64,000 nucleotides of DNA from Thermodesulfobacteriota bacterium (GCA_049320885.1 JBMORA010000017.1:32001-96000), one strand, 5' to 3'; positions 20,819 to 31,239 are shown, counted from the first letter of the stretch. The notes: generated by a model not told the origin, from the letters alone. Program-made: numbers and translations.

Positions 20819-22303
20819 TTATTGGTTCGATTTCAGTTGTTCGCGGGCCTTGGCCTGCTGTTCCTGGGCCTCCAGCGTCAGCTTGTAGGCAATATAGTAC
20901 TTATAGATATTGCGAACGTAAGTGGTGGTCTCCATGCCGACCCGTTTGGCGGTGACTATTTCCACATGGTTGAACCACTGATTGGGGTCGAGCCCTTGCT
21001 TGGCTGCCTCCTTGCGGATTTTGGCGATCCGGTTGGGTCCGGCGTTGTAAGCGGCGAAGGCGAACAGGGTCCGGTCCATCTCACTGAAGGTCGCATCCTG
21101 AAAATACTCTTTCATCAAATGGTCCATGTATTTGGCGCCGGCATGAATGTTGGGTTCCAGCACCCGGACATCGCCGACCTTCATGTACTTACCGGTGGAC
21201 GGCAGCACCTGCATGACCCCGACGGCGCCGCTGGGGCTGCGGGCCTTCTGCTGGAGTCTGGATTCCTGGTATCCCTGGGCCGCGAGCATCAGCGGATCAA
21301 AACCGTATTGATGGCCGTATTTCTGGAACAGGGTCAGCAAGCCGCCAAAACGCTGCCAGTCATTCTTGCCGGTGGAATTGTAAATCTGTTTGATGCGGCG
21401 GTTGTATTGGGCCAGGCGATAGATGATGCTGGCCTGCTTTTTGACGGCCTTGTTGTAAAAATCGTTCAATTCCGCCACAATCCCGGGGTGTTGCTTGCGG
21501 ATGGCCCAGCCGGTCCGCCCGCCGGTGCGGAGCGCCACCTGTTTGTTGACGGTCATGCGGGGCAGGATTTTTTGCCATATCTCGGCCTTCCAGTCGTCCA
21601 CGATGATCACGTTCAGCAGGCCGGCGTTCACCATTTCCATCATGTCCTCGTCCTCAAGGGTGTTGGGCACGGCGACAAGATCCATCTCCGGCTGCTTCTC
21701 CTGGCGAAAACGGTTGTTGAGCTGCACCAGGCTTTCATAATAGCTGGAGGATTTGCGCACATGGACCTGCCGTCCGGCCAGATCCTCCACCCGGGTAACC
21801 GGCTTGGCGTTGGGACCGGTAATAACCACTTCCGCAACCGTCCGGCCAAGATCCGGGGATACAAAATCCACCATCCGGAGGCGTTCATCGGTGACGGTGA
21901 GGTTGCCGGCGGCGATATCCCCCAGGCCGGTGACGACGTTGGGCAGCAATTTGTCGCGGGAGGTGGGAATGATGATGACGGTGATGGGCCGGTTGCCCAG
22001 TTTTTTGCGGTATTTGCGGTTGACGTAGCGTTCGAACTCGCGGACCAGATCCGCGGTGATGCCGCTTTCCTGCCCTTTGTCATTGAAATACAGGGTCCGG
22101 CTGTAGGGCACCAGCACCCGGATGATGCGGCGTGCCATCATCCCGTCGAAGTCCCCTTTCCAGACCTGGGCAGTGGTGGGCAGGGCAGCTGCCGGTTTTC
22201 CCGGGACGGCCGTCCCGGCCGGCTGTGGTTGCTGGGCCGGAGAAGCCGCCATGACCTGCGAAACGGCATGGAACAGGAACACCATCGATAGAAGCCATTT
22301 CAT
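20819..22303 (-). CDS. mltF: MltF-type lytic transglycosylase (SBP + SLT domains)
   Basis: GDIAAGNLTVT SBP part; YQES, GVMQV, AAYNAG, ETTTYV SLT motifs. Confidence 0.85.
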   Translation of the reverse strand: MKWLLSMVFLFHAVSQVMAASPAQQPQPAGTAVPGKPAAALPTTAQVWKGDFDGMMARRIIRVLVPYSRTLYFNDKGQESGITADLVREFERYVNRKYRKKLGNRPITVIIIPTSRDKLLPNVVTGLGDIAAGNLTVTDERLRMVDFVSPDLGRTVAEVVITGPNAKPVTRVEDLAGRQVHVRKSSSYYESLVQLNNRFRQEKQPEMDLVAVPNTLEDEDMMEMVNAGLLNVIIVDDWKAEIWQKILPRMTVNKQVALRTGGRTGWAIRKQHPGIVAELNDFYNKAVKKQASIIYRLAQYNRRIKQIYNSTGKNDWQRFGGLLTLFQKYGHQYGFDPLMLAAQGYQESRLQQKARSPSGAVGVMQVLPSTGKYMKVGDVRVLEPNIHAGAKYMDHLMKEYFQDATFSEMDRTLFAFAAYNAGPNRIAKIRKEAAKQGLDPNQWFNHVEIVTAKRVGMETTTYVRNIYKYYIAYKLTLEAQEQQAKAREQLKSNQ

Positions 22304-22340
22304 ATAACCGCCTTTCCCGATCCCGAAGGGGCCGTAAAAA

Positions 22341-22961
22341 TTATAAAAGATTGTTTTTATTAAGATTTTTCAACACTGCGCGGCACAGGGAGTCCACCAC
22401 TTCCGCAACGTCATCCGGATCCATGATTTCCGAGGAGACCGACCAGATCAGTTTTTCCGTGGCGGTTTCATACAGATTGGTTTCCAGGCGGACAAACACA
22501 TGCTGGCTGTAGTATCCGGGGTAGTGAACGTAATTGTCGACATAGGTGTAATAGGGGCCGAAACCATAGGAAGTCGCGGCCGGGACCCGCTGCATGGTGG
22601 GCGGGGTGTAGACTTCCTCTTCGTCGACTCCCAGCAGATGGGCCACCAGCACTGTATCCGTGCCGAGTTCCAGGGCCTTGGCCTTCAATGTATCCTTGGT
22701 CACTTTTTGATCCGCGGGGATCACCGCCGAACTGGCTGTCGCCGTGACACCTTCGCTGTTCAATTCCCTGGCGAAGGTCTCCTCAAAGAGTTTGCGGTTA
22801 GCGAGGTTGTCGGAAACGCCGACCACCAGGATTTTCTGGATGCGTCCCTTGTAGGCTTCGTCCTTGTACTCGGAAACCAGTTGGGTGGTGGTGCAGGAAG
22901 CCGCCCCCAGCAGAAACAGAAAAAGGAAGGATGAATGGATGAACCTGATTCTTTTACACAT
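22341..22961 (-). CDS. DUF4136-like lipoprotein (paralog of 50736-51362)
   Basis: Lipobox AASC; RLETNLY..ATEKLIWSVSSE; RBS AAGGAG. Confidence 0.75.
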   Translation of the reverse strand: MCKRIRFIHSSFLFLFLLGAASCTTTQLVSEYKDEAYKGRIQKILVVGVSDNLANRKLFEETFARELNSEGVTATASSAVIPADQKVTKDTLKAKALELGTDTVLVAHLLGVDEEEVYTPPTMQRVPAATSYGFGPYYTYVDNYVHYPGYYSQHVFVRLETNLYETATEKLIWSVSSEIMDPDDVAEVVDSLCRAVLKNLNKNNLL

Positions 22962-23198
22962 GAATGGCGTCTCCTTACGGTTAGGATGAAAATGGATATC
23001 CGGCGAACGGTCACCACCCGGCTCCTGTATTCCAACGAACGATCAGGATCAGGTTGCCGAGTTATCAACCGGTATGGCATCAGCGGAACAGTATCTTTCT
23101 ACAGGAACCTGTTTCCCCCGTCAAGGTGCAGCGTGCTTATGCCGCACCGCCGATGGTAATGACCTTCATTTGCCTATCTTCTTATTCATAAATAATGA

Positions 23199-24059
23199 TC
23201 AGTCTGATGTTGCCGCCGGACCCGGTTTGATTTTGAAGAAAGATGATACCGGTATCAGTATCGCCAGCATAAGTATAACCATCGTTGCGATCATCATCAT
23301 CACATTCGGCTGGTCACTAAACGCACTGGTTGCAGCTATTACTGCAACACTGGCATTTCGTGCGCCATGCATGTATCCCATGGCAATCATTGAACCGCGT
23401 TCCGGCCACCCAAGCAGGTAACCGATCCCAAAGGCGACAACGATGTAGATCACTCCTGCAAGAAGTGTATATGTGCCAAACAAACCAATGAATGGCTTAT
23501 AATAAAGCCCGACGAGTGTTAACAGCAGTAAAACCACGAAAAGGCGTGAAATCAGATGCAGGTACTTTTCGGCCTTATGGGCCGCCTTCTCAAAGCGTGA
23601 TCTGATAAAGAGCCCCAGAAGCAACGGCGCCACTATGGTAAGGACCAGCTTCAACACCAGATGCTTTACATCAACTTCAACATCAGGAAGAAATACGCCA
23701 ATCATAACAGGGATGTAGATGATTGTAATGGCAATCGACATGGCAAGTATGCCACCGGCAAGAGAGACATTGGCATTGGATTTGGCCGTAAATATGGGGC
23801 CTATCTCTGCTCCTGCCGCCATGGACAACAATACCAGGCCATATCTCAGCGTCGGATCAAGACCAAAGAGCCTCGCAATGGAGGTGGCAAGAAGCGGAAG
23901 GATGATGTAGCTCGTAACAATCGCTGAGATCGTTAAACGTACATTCGTAAGAGGTTCAATAATCTGTTTGACCGTCTGACTCAATCCCAATGCCAGCATT
24001 CCACTGACCACGTAAATCAGTATGACCGGTGTTAATGCGTGCGATAACAATTCATTCAT
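23199..24059 (-). CDS. Bile acid:sodium symporter (BASS/SBF) family transporter
   Basis: Multi-TM; MLALGL, GYLLG..GARNASVA; RBS GAGG; AT-richer than flanks. Confidence 0.8.
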   Translation of the reverse strand: MNELLSHALTPVILIYVVSGMLALGLSQTVKQIIEPLTNVRLTISAIVTSYIILPLLATSIARLFGLDPTLRYGLVLLSMAAGAEIGPIFTAKSNANVSLAGGILAMSIAITIIYIPVMIGVFLPDVEVDVKHLVLKLVLTIVAPLLLGLFIRSRFEKAAHKAEKYLHLISRLFVVLLLLTLVGLYYKPFIGLFGTYTLLAGVIYIVVAFGIGYLLGWPERGSMIAMGYMHGARNASVAVIAATSAFSDQPNVMMMIATMVILMLAILIPVSSFFKIKPGPAATSD

Positions 24060-24127
24060 TTTTTATTCCTCTTTTTTGGATAGTTACATGAATCAGAAGC
24101 TGACTGACGAAAACAAGCTACACAAAT

Positions 24128-24733
24128 TCATATAAAGCGTACCCGGCCGGTTTCAATCTCGTAGATGGCGCCGACACACTTGATGCGTCCTTCGGCGGCA
24201 CGCGCTTGGCCTTCGGGTGACTCGATGATCGCTTGAACCGTCAAACGGACGTTGCTCTCAACCGCCAGCGTCAGCCGAGTGCGTTTCGGAAGGTCGGGAT
24301 CAACCCCGGCCAGGGCCGGCAGGATGCTGTCCACCAGCAACTGGATCCGGGAAAGTTGTTGAACACCCTCATACTTCATCTGCAGGGCGGCCTGAATGGC
24401 GCCGCACCCTTCGTGGCCGAGCACCACCATCAAAGGGGTTTGCAAATGGCTGCCGGCATATTGCAGGCTGCCCGCCACCTCCGGGGAAAGGACGTTTCCC
24501 GCGACCCGAATCACAAACAATTCACCGATGCCGGCATCGAAAATCCATTCCGGCGGCACGCGTGAATCGCTGCAACCCAGTATCGTCGCAAAGGGCTGCT
24601 GACCCTGGACCAATCCGGCCAAGGTCTCGCGCGGCAGGATAGGCGGACGAGCCTTCCCTTTCAGAAACCGTTCATTGCCGTCGATCAGGCGCTGGAGGGC
24701 TTCGTCGGCGGAAATATCGGGGGGGCTGCTCAT
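24128..24733 (-). CDS. Beta-class carbonic anhydrase
   Basis: GCSDSRV, RVAGN, GHEGCGA zinc motifs; start MSSPPD overlaps the upstream stop (ATGA). Confidence 0.92.
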   Translation of the reverse strand: MSSPPDISADEALQRLIDGNERFLKGKARPPILPRETLAGLVQGQQPFATILGCSDSRVPPEWIFDAGIGELFVIRVAGNVLSPEVAGSLQYAGSHLQTPLMVVLGHEGCGAIQAALQMKYEGVQQLSRIQLLVDSILPALAGVDPDLPKRTRLTLAVESNVRLTVQAIIESPEGQARAAEGRIKCVGAIYEIETGRVRFI

Positions 24734-26331
24734 GATTGCACCCCCATCATCGCCAGCATCACCTGAAGAAGCAGGATCTTCATGATGGTGCCGGTCGGGA
24801 AGGTAAGCGCGTAGGCGATATCCGTGTGGTCGGTGGTCACGAGCTTCGAGGCGAACATCGCGTGGGCGGGGTTGGCGGCCACGCCACAGGTGGTGCCGAG
24901 AAGGTCGTCGATCCGGAACCTGAAAACGAAATGCCCCACGACCAGGTTGAAGAGCACCGCAACGAGAACGATGATAGCCCCCCAAACGAGATAGATCATG
25001 CCGGTTTGCTGCACCGTATCGAGGAAATTCGGACCCGCGGACATGCCGACCTGGGCAAGAAATACCGTGAGGCCGAAATTCCGCAGGATGAGATTGGCGG
25101 AGACGGGCATGGTCCAGACCCACCCGCCGGTTCGTCCCAGCCGTCCCAGGATGAGTCCCACAACGAGCGGTCCACCCGCAACGCCGAGCCGCAGGGGGCC
25201 TAATCCGGGGATAGGGATCGGAAGAATGCCCAGGAGCATGCCAATCGCCATGCCGATTCCGAGCGATACATAGCTGAACTCGGTGGTACCCTTGATAGAG
25301 TCGCCAAAATGCTTGCGGGCGGCCTCGCGATGCTCGCGCCGCATCATCACACCGACGCGGTCGCCGAACTCGAGCACGAGGCCGGGCCGAGGTAGGAGAT
25401 CGGCATCCCCCCGGCGCACATGAATGACGGAGAACTCCCGCACGCCGGGTATCTGGAGATCGACCAGCGAAACGCCGACCACCGCCGGTTTTGAGATGAA
25501 AAACCTGAAATAGTCCATATCTCCCCGGTCAACGGTGATATGGCCGGCAGCGGCTTCACCGATCAGCAGCCGTGCGCCATCGAGCGCCTCCTCAGACTCC
25601 CCTGCCAAAGCCACGACGTCATTATCCGCGAGGACGATATCGGCTGCGGGAACCTTGTTCTGGCTGTCTTGCCGGACGAGGACAATCCGCACACTGGCCG
25701 GCAGCCGGGCGCTTACCTCGGCCAGAGACCGGCCGATGACCTGCCTGTTGCGCACCACGACTTCCCGAAGGTCGAGACCCGTGCCGGTCTGCCCGAGGTC
25801 TTTGGGCTTGAGCCAGAGGTTGGCGAAATACATGCAAAGCAGCGGCGCGATGAAACCGAAGGGATAAGCCACGCTGTAACCAAGGGCCGGATCGTTGTTG
25901 CCGACCGTGCTGATGGCCGCCTGCAGTGCCGGCGTGCTGGTCAACGCACCGCAGAACAACCCGGCGACTGCCGAGGGTGAGACCGAAAACCCGGCGTAAG
26001 CCGCATAGCAGACCCCGATACCGGCAAGGTGAGACATCAGCACCAGCGCGTTCGCCTTTAGCCCGAAAGGGCTGGTCAGGCCGCTGAAGACTTGCTTCCC
26101 ATACATGATCCCTATTCCGTACACAAACAGTATCAGGCCGAGTGATCCCAGCAGGGCAGGCGGGGCGGACTTGGGCGCGAACATCCCCACGCCCAGGCCC
26201 ACGAAGAGCACTGCGCCCGCACCCAGGGAAAAGCCTCGAATGTTCACCCCGCCCAGTGCATATCCAAAGCCGATGACCATGACCATCGATAGCAGCGGCT
26301 GTTGTTCGAGAAAGAGTTTGAGGATATCCAT
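24730..26331 (-). CDS. AspT/YidE/YbjL family antiporter with two TrkA-C domains
   Basis: GLFCGALTSTPALQAA, YSVAYPFG, LGVAGGPLVVGLILG; TM-TrkA_C-TrkA_C-TM layout. Confidence 0.9.
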   Translation of the reverse strand: MDILKLFLEQQPLLSMVMVIGFGYALGGVNIRGFSLGAGAVLFVGLGVGMFAPKSAPPALLGSLGLILFVYGIGIMYGKQVFSGLTSPFGLKANALVLMSHLAGIGVCYAAYAGFSVSPSAVAGLFCGALTSTPALQAAISTVGNNDPALGYSVAYPFGFIAPLLCMYFANLWLKPKDLGQTGTGLDLREVVVRNRQVIGRSLAEVSARLPASVRIVLVRQDSQNKVPAADIVLADNDVVALAGESEEALDGARLLIGEAAAGHITVDRGDMDYFRFFISKPAVVGVSLVDLQIPGVREFSVIHVRRGDADLLPRPGLVLEFGDRVGVMMRREHREAARKHFGDSIKGTTEFSYVSLGIGMAIGMLLGILPIPIPGLGPLRLGVAGGPLVVGLILGRLGRTGGWVWTMPVSANLILRNFGLTVFLAQVGMSAGPNFLDTVQQTGMIYLVWGAIIVLVAVLFNLVVGHFVFRFRIDDLLGTTCGVAANPAHAMFASKLVTTDHTDIAYALTFPTGTIMKILLLQVMLAMMGVQS

Positions 26332-26332
26332 T

Positions 26333-27304
26333 TCAGTTTTCTCCTGGATTCAGCCGGCCAAAGGCCTCGTTGATGATGGCCTGCAGTCGGCTCATGGTTT
26401 CCGGTGCCGGTGGATTGAAATCCCGCATTTCGTATATCCGGCCGAGAAACCCGTATTTGCTCTCGCCGAAACGCATGTAAGGCAGCAGCTCGTAATCAAC
26501 CACGTTTTTATACGGTTTAATGAATGCCAGGGTCGCACGGATATGCTCCTCATCGTCATTGACTCCCGGAATGACCGGCGTGCGGGCAATGAATTTCTTA
26601 TCCGGGAATGTCTCATAGGCCCGTAAAAGGTTTTCCCGGATGCGCATGTTATCCACCCCTGTCCATTTCTTATGCCTGTCCGGATCGGTCAGTTTGATGT
26701 CATGAAGCACGGTATCCACATGCGGCAGGACTTTGGCCATGAACTCCCATGGCACATTGCTCGCCGTCTCGATCGCCGTATTGATCCCGCGCTCATGCGC
26801 CCCTGCCAGCAGCGCCGCCGCAAAATCGGCCTGTAATTGACATTCGCCGCCGGAGAGCGTCATCCCCCCTCCGGATTCACGATAGAAAGCGCTGTCCTGC
26901 TCCACCTCGTCAAGTACCTGGTCCACGGTCATCTTCCGCCCGAACAGGTAAAGGGCATTCGTCGGGCAGACGTCAACACATTTGCCGCAGTTGGTGCAGA
27001 GATCCCAGTTGATCCGGACTTTATCATCCGGCCGGTCGCCGGAGCCGACGATGAATAACGCCAGTTCGGGACAGACATCCTTCAGGCAGAAGCCGCACTG
27101 CTTTTCTCCGATGCAGCTGCCGGGCTTGTATCCGAGTTCCGGTTTCAGATGGATGCTTTCGGGATTCGAACACCATTTGCAGCGCAGGGAACAGCCCTTC
27201 AAAAAAACATTCGTCCGGATACCGGGGCCATCGTGGGTGCAGAAATGCTGGATATTCAAGACGAGCCCTGTCAATGCTCCTGTTTTATCCTGCTGACTGC
27301 TCAT
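26333..27304 (-). CDS. Glycyl-radical enzyme activating enzyme (radical SAM with ferredoxin insert)
   Basis: HDGPGIRT, CSLRCKWC, two ferredoxin-type Cys motifs, GGMTLSGGE. Confidence 0.95.
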   Translation of the reverse strand: MSSQQDKTGALTGLVLNIQHFCTHDGPGIRTNVFLKGCSLRCKWCSNPESIHLKPELGYKPGSCIGEKQCGFCLKDVCPELALFIVGSGDRPDDKVRINWDLCTNCGKCVDVCPTNALYLFGRKMTVDQVLDEVEQDSAFYRESGGGMTLSGGECQLQADFAAALLAGAHERGINTAIETASNVPWEFMAKVLPHVDTVLHDIKLTDPDRHKKWTGVDNMRIRENLLRAYETFPDKKFIARTPVIPGVNDDEEHIRATLAFIKPYKNVVDYELLPYMRFGESKYGFLGRIYEMRDFNPPAPETMSRLQAIINEAFGRLNPGEN

Positions 27305-28473
27305 GGCTTCACCTCCTCGGCTCCAAGCGAGATGCCGAGGGACCGCGCGAGCTTGACGAACTCGCTGTCAGCAGGCACGACCCTGATCTTGTTGATGGCC
27401 TCGGTCATGGGAACGAACTTCAGATCCGGCGGCTGGAAGACCACCATGACACCGCTCTGGCCGGCCTTCAGGGCGCGCACTGCCCCGGCGCCGTATCCCA
27501 GCCCGAGCTGGCGGTCTACGACCGTGGGTGTTCCTCCCCTGGCCAGCTGGCCCAGGACAAGGGGATAGGTTTCCTGGTCGGTCAGTCGCTGGAGTTCAAG
27601 CGCCACCTCGACGGCAATCCGGCCGGATCCTTCAATGACATGAGCGCCTTCGGCGCCGGAGGCTCCCGGAGAGAGTGAGGCCTTCATCTTTGAATCCGAA
27701 GTCCTGGGGGTTGCATCAGTTCCAGTCAATGGTTTCGCTCCTTCGGCCACCACCACCAGCCCGAAGTTTTGCCCCGCCTTCGCCTTTTTCCGTAATTTTT
27801 CCGAAACCTTGCGGAGGTCATAAGGAATCTCCGGGATGAGCACGGCATCGGCGCATACGGCCATGCCCGCCTGCAGGGCCAGCCACCCGGAGTGTTCCCC
27901 CAATACTTCAACCACGCCGATCCGGCGGGCGGACCGGGCTGCCTGCCGAAACCTTTCGAGCATGTCCGCCGTGAAACTCAAGGCGCTGTTGAATCCAAAG
28001 GAAAGGATGGTGGCGGCCACATCATTTTCAACTGATTTCGGCACAGAGACCGTCTGGAGTCCTTTCCGGCTGAGCTTCCAGAGGATGCTCAGCGCCCTGG
28101 AGCCGACCACGGAGACGATGGCATCGATCTTTTCTTTTCTGATGATCTCCAGGAGTTCATCGGACCGGTCCTTCTCCTCCACCATGTTTTCCGCGTTGAC
28201 GGCGCGGACATGGAAAGGGTCGCTTTGGGCCCCGGTGCCTAGGATACAGCCGGCGGCGCCGGCGATGTTTTCCAGGATGGCCGGTGAGAGCCGCATCACT
28301 CCGCCGTCGGGATAGCGGTCGGGAAAGAGCAGCCCTTCAAATCCGTCGCGGATCCCCAGCACTTCCCAGCCCAATTCACTTGCCGCGAGCACCACTCCGG
28401 CAATCACGGCATTGAGTCCCGGGACATAGCCCCCGCCAAAATTGACGGCAATGCGTTTTGCTGCTGTTTGCAT
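27301..28473 (-). CDS. Divergent phosphofructokinase (PfkA)-fold protein
   Basis: PGLNAVI, DGFEGL, VLIPE, VVAEG and RGG.P place it in the PFK fold, but the catalytic motifs are altered. Confidence 0.85.
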   Translation of the reverse strand: MQTAAKRIAVNFGGGYVPGLNAVIAGVVLAASELGWEVLGIRDGFEGLLFPDRYPDGGVMRLSPAILENIAGAAGCILGTGAQSDPFHVRAVNAENMVEEKDRSDELLEIIRKEKIDAIVSVVGSRALSILWKLSRKGLQTVSVPKSVENDVAATILSFGFNSALSFTADMLERFRQAARSARRIGVVEVLGEHSGWLALQAGMAVCADAVLIPEIPYDLRKVSEKLRKKAKAGQNFGLVVVAEGAKPLTGTDATPRTSDSKMKASLSPGASGAEGAHVIEGSGRIAVEVALELQRLTDQETYPLVLGQLARGGTPTVVDRQLGLGYGAGAVRALKAGQSGVMVVFQPPDLKFVPMTEAINKIRVVPADSEFVKLARSLGISLGAEEVKP

Positions 28474-28544
28474 CGATCAACCCCTTTCTTGAAGACGATT
28501 TCTGCTTTCCATTTTTTAGCAATCGTAAAAAATTTTTAAAAGGC

Positions 28545-29651
28545 TTATTTCCTTTTCATTGCAGATGCATGTAATTGATTTGGATCATTTTCGATCCATG
28601 CCGAGAAAATTTTATAAGAAATTGAGAGAACCACCGGACCGAGAAATAAACCGATAGCGCCCGACATTATCATGCCGCCGATAGCGCCAATAAGAATCAC
28701 CAGCATAGGGACTTCGACCCCCCTGCCGAGCAGGAGCGGCTTCAAAATAGCATCACTCAAAGACACAAAAACACTCCAGATCATAAAGACAACAGCCGGT
28801 GTGGTTTCCTGCACAGAAAAGACATAGACGACAATCGGACCCAGAACCAAAAGCGGCGGCAACTGAATAATTGCCAAAAATAAGACGATCAGTGCCCACA
28901 GCCCAGCCGCGGGTACGTTGGCGGCGAGCAGACCAATGCTGGCAAGAATGGCCTGTATCACGGCAATCCCCAAAACTCCCTGGACGACACTTCGTATGGT
29001 ATTGCCTGTGAGGTCTGCGAACACATCTCCTTGTTGTCTTGCCACACGCCGAAAGATCCGATGGGCAGTCTTTACACCGCCGTCTGAATTAACAAGAAAC
29101 AAACCGGCAATAATAATAGAAACAATAAACTGCATGACCGTCATCCCCAGCCCCAGTCCGGCAGAAAAAAGTTTTTTGCCATATGTCATAATATATGGTT
29201 TCAGTTGGTATATCGCTTTTTCCGTATTTTCTGAAGCCAAGCGCCAGAAATTATCGATTGGTTTACCTATCAACGGCCACCCGGCAACTTCATCCGACGG
29301 TGGCGGCACTCGTAATGTGTCGTTTTCAATGCCTGTTTTTAAGGTCTGGATACCGTTAATGGTTGAATCCATCAGCAGGGCCGCTGGGACCATCAACACT
29401 GAAAGTGCAAACAACGTTAACAAAACAGCGGACAGCTTTTTTCGATTGCCCATCATTGAGGAAAGTTTCTGATGCAAGGGGTAAATTCCGATGGCAATGA
29501 TAACACCCCAAAGGACCGGGTTAATAAATGCCCTCACAATCATAAAACTCCATACCACAAGAATTGCGATAAGGGAGATTCGGACAGATGCTTCTATCGA
29601 TTTTCCTATAAAATCGGTATCTCCTCCATTTATTTGATTGAATTTTGTCAT
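28545..29651 (-). CDS. AI-2E family transporter (YdiK-like)
   Basis: DAILKPLLLGRG..GAIGG..GAIGLFLGPVVL; RBS GGAG; AT-richer. Confidence 0.88.
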   Translation of the reverse strand: MTKFNQINGGDTDFIGKSIEASVRISLIAILVVWSFMIVRAFINPVLWGVIIAIGIYPLHQKLSSMMGNRKKLSAVLLTLFALSVLMVPAALLMDSTINGIQTLKTGIENDTLRVPPPSDEVAGWPLIGKPIDNFWRLASENTEKAIYQLKPYIMTYGKKLFSAGLGLGMTVMQFIVSIIIAGLFLVNSDGGVKTAHRIFRRVARQQGDVFADLTGNTIRSVVQGVLGIAVIQAILASIGLLAANVPAAGLWALIVLFLAIIQLPPLLVLGPIVVYVFSVQETTPAVVFMIWSVFVSLSDAILKPLLLGRGVEVPMLVILIGAIGGMIMSGAIGLFLGPVVLSISYKIFSAWIENDPNQLHASAMKRK

Positions 29652-29728
29652 CGCCTTGACTCCATTTTTTACATTTTACCTTTAGGGGTTAAAGTAGCAC
29701 TGCTAGTGCCGTTATCTATTTTGATAGA

Positions 29729-31126
29729 TCACATCTTCGATCCGCGCGATGAGCTCATCATATTGATGATATCTGCTTCTGACATGATGGGACTCTGGTC
29801 TAACCGCAACGCGCCTCCATAGGCATCCTTTGCATCATCCCAGAAGACGGGAATCCCCTTCAGGCTGCCCTCGGATGGCAATCTCAGCAAGGCCTCCCGG
29901 ATAGCGATACGAAGAGTCTCTTCAACAGGCAAGGCCCTGAAAATGGTCCCAAAAACATAATTGATATATTGATGGACATGGACCTTATGTTCTTTTTGAC
30001 TCCACATCGGGGAGATCACCTTCCTCTCAAGGCAGTCCATGAGATGGCTCACAATCGGTTCCAATACGGGCTTCACGTGAATCTGCCGCCACGATCCCGG
30101 GCCGCGGACAGGCTTCTGGACTTCAAGCCTTCTGGTATTGATCCACCTCACGCGTTCACGCGTCTTCCGGGCTCCCAGCCTTTTGACTTGGAAGACTTCG
30201 ATAAAAGCCGTCTCCACTTCGTCCACCTGGACAATAACGATATCCCTTTCCTGCATATTCGCCGCAATCCTGTCGAGTTCGCAGGCCTGCTCATCTTGTG
30301 GATATTGATTCAGAACATTTCCCAAAAACAGGACATTCTGCGTGTTCTTGATCCGTTGAGGAACATCTGTCTTTTGCAAGGTGATTCCGAATTCCGCGAG
30401 ACCTGCCTCCAGAGGATATTTTTCCATCCGGTACCCGTCCCAGGAAAGTCCAGGCTGGCTCGGGTCGCTGTCCTGTTTCTTTTCCAGCTCAATTCCTGCC
30501 TCGATCTTCACCACATCGGGCGCCAGCATTTCGTCCAGTTCCGGGTCGGAGAACTCGACCCGTTCACCTGAGTAGAGGAACGGCCGACCCATGAAATACG
30601 CCTCCCAGACCTCGTTCCCATGCAGATCGTACGAATAGGCGACGGAAGAGACCCGGCCCTTTCGATCCACCACAAAATGCCAGTCCTCCACCTGGCGCAC
30701 AGTCGCCTTGGAAGAGATCATCCGGGACAAGCATCCGCGGATCTGCTCCTCCCTGTCCCCCAGGAGACGGACGTGCGAGTAGGGCACCGCCTCGAGGCGT
30801 TCCGTGGCGACGTAATCCACATCCATCTTGAGGTCACTTGCCAAGAGCCTCTTCAAGGCGGTTGACACTTTGGCACGGGATACGCCGACATCGATGAACG
30901 CAAACCCAGGGTCCAACAGGGGTGGTCCGTCCCGGCCAGGATTTTGAGGATGCTGGAGGTCCCGCAGAAGGCTCCCGATCCCGGCATTCCTGTCAGGGAT
31001 GATGTTGGTGTCGACCAAGGGAACCGAAGTCCGAGCCTTCATGGCCGGAACATCTTCGGGCTGCTCTCGATTTCCCGTGGTGGTGCCTTGAAGCCATGAC
31101 GGGTTCCTTGCCCTCGATATCTTCAC
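29729..31126 (-). CDS. Hypothetical protein, possibly degenerate SAM-dependent methyltransferase fold
   Basis: 465-aa ORF, GTG start with GGAGG; FIDVGVS..YVATE..FLGNVLNQY loosely resemble class I methyltransferase motifs. Confidence 0.5.
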   Translation of the reverse strand: MKISRARNPSWLQGTTTGNREQPEDVPAMKARTSVPLVDTNIIPDRNAGIGSLLRDLQHPQNPGRDGPPLLDPGFAFIDVGVSRAKVSTALKRLLASDLKMDVDYVATERLEAVPYSHVRLLGDREEQIRGCLSRMISSKATVRQVEDWHFVVDRKGRVSSVAYSYDLHGNEVWEAYFMGRPFLYSGERVEFSDPELDEMLAPDVVKIEAGIELEKKQDSDPSQPGLSWDGYRMEKYPLEAGLAEFGITLQKTDVPQRIKNTQNVLFLGNVLNQYPQDEQACELDRIAANMQERDIVIVQVDEVETAFIEVFQVKRLGARKTRERVRWINTRRLEVQKPVRGPGSWRQIHVKPVLEPIVSHLMDCLERKVISPMWSQKEHKVHVHQYINYVFGTIFRALPVEETLRIAIREALLRLPSEGSLKGIPVFWDDAKDAYGGALRLDQSPIMSEADIINMMSSSRGSKM

Positions 31127-31239
31127 CTATCCTCCAAAATCCACTTCTGAAATGCCGAGTTCCGCGCCCGGTTCCGCGAGGGCATTGGTGACGGTGTTTT
31201 GCGGATGGATCATGTTATTCTCCAAGAGTCGGGCGGATT

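Noticed and set aside
24734..25123. N-terminal extension of the carbonic anhydrase in the ORF track
   Set aside because: It overlaps the antiporter in another frame; the likely start is the coupled ATG at 24733.
27301..28473. Calling it glycolytic pfkA
   Set aside because: The GGDG, TIDND and MGR motifs are all altered.
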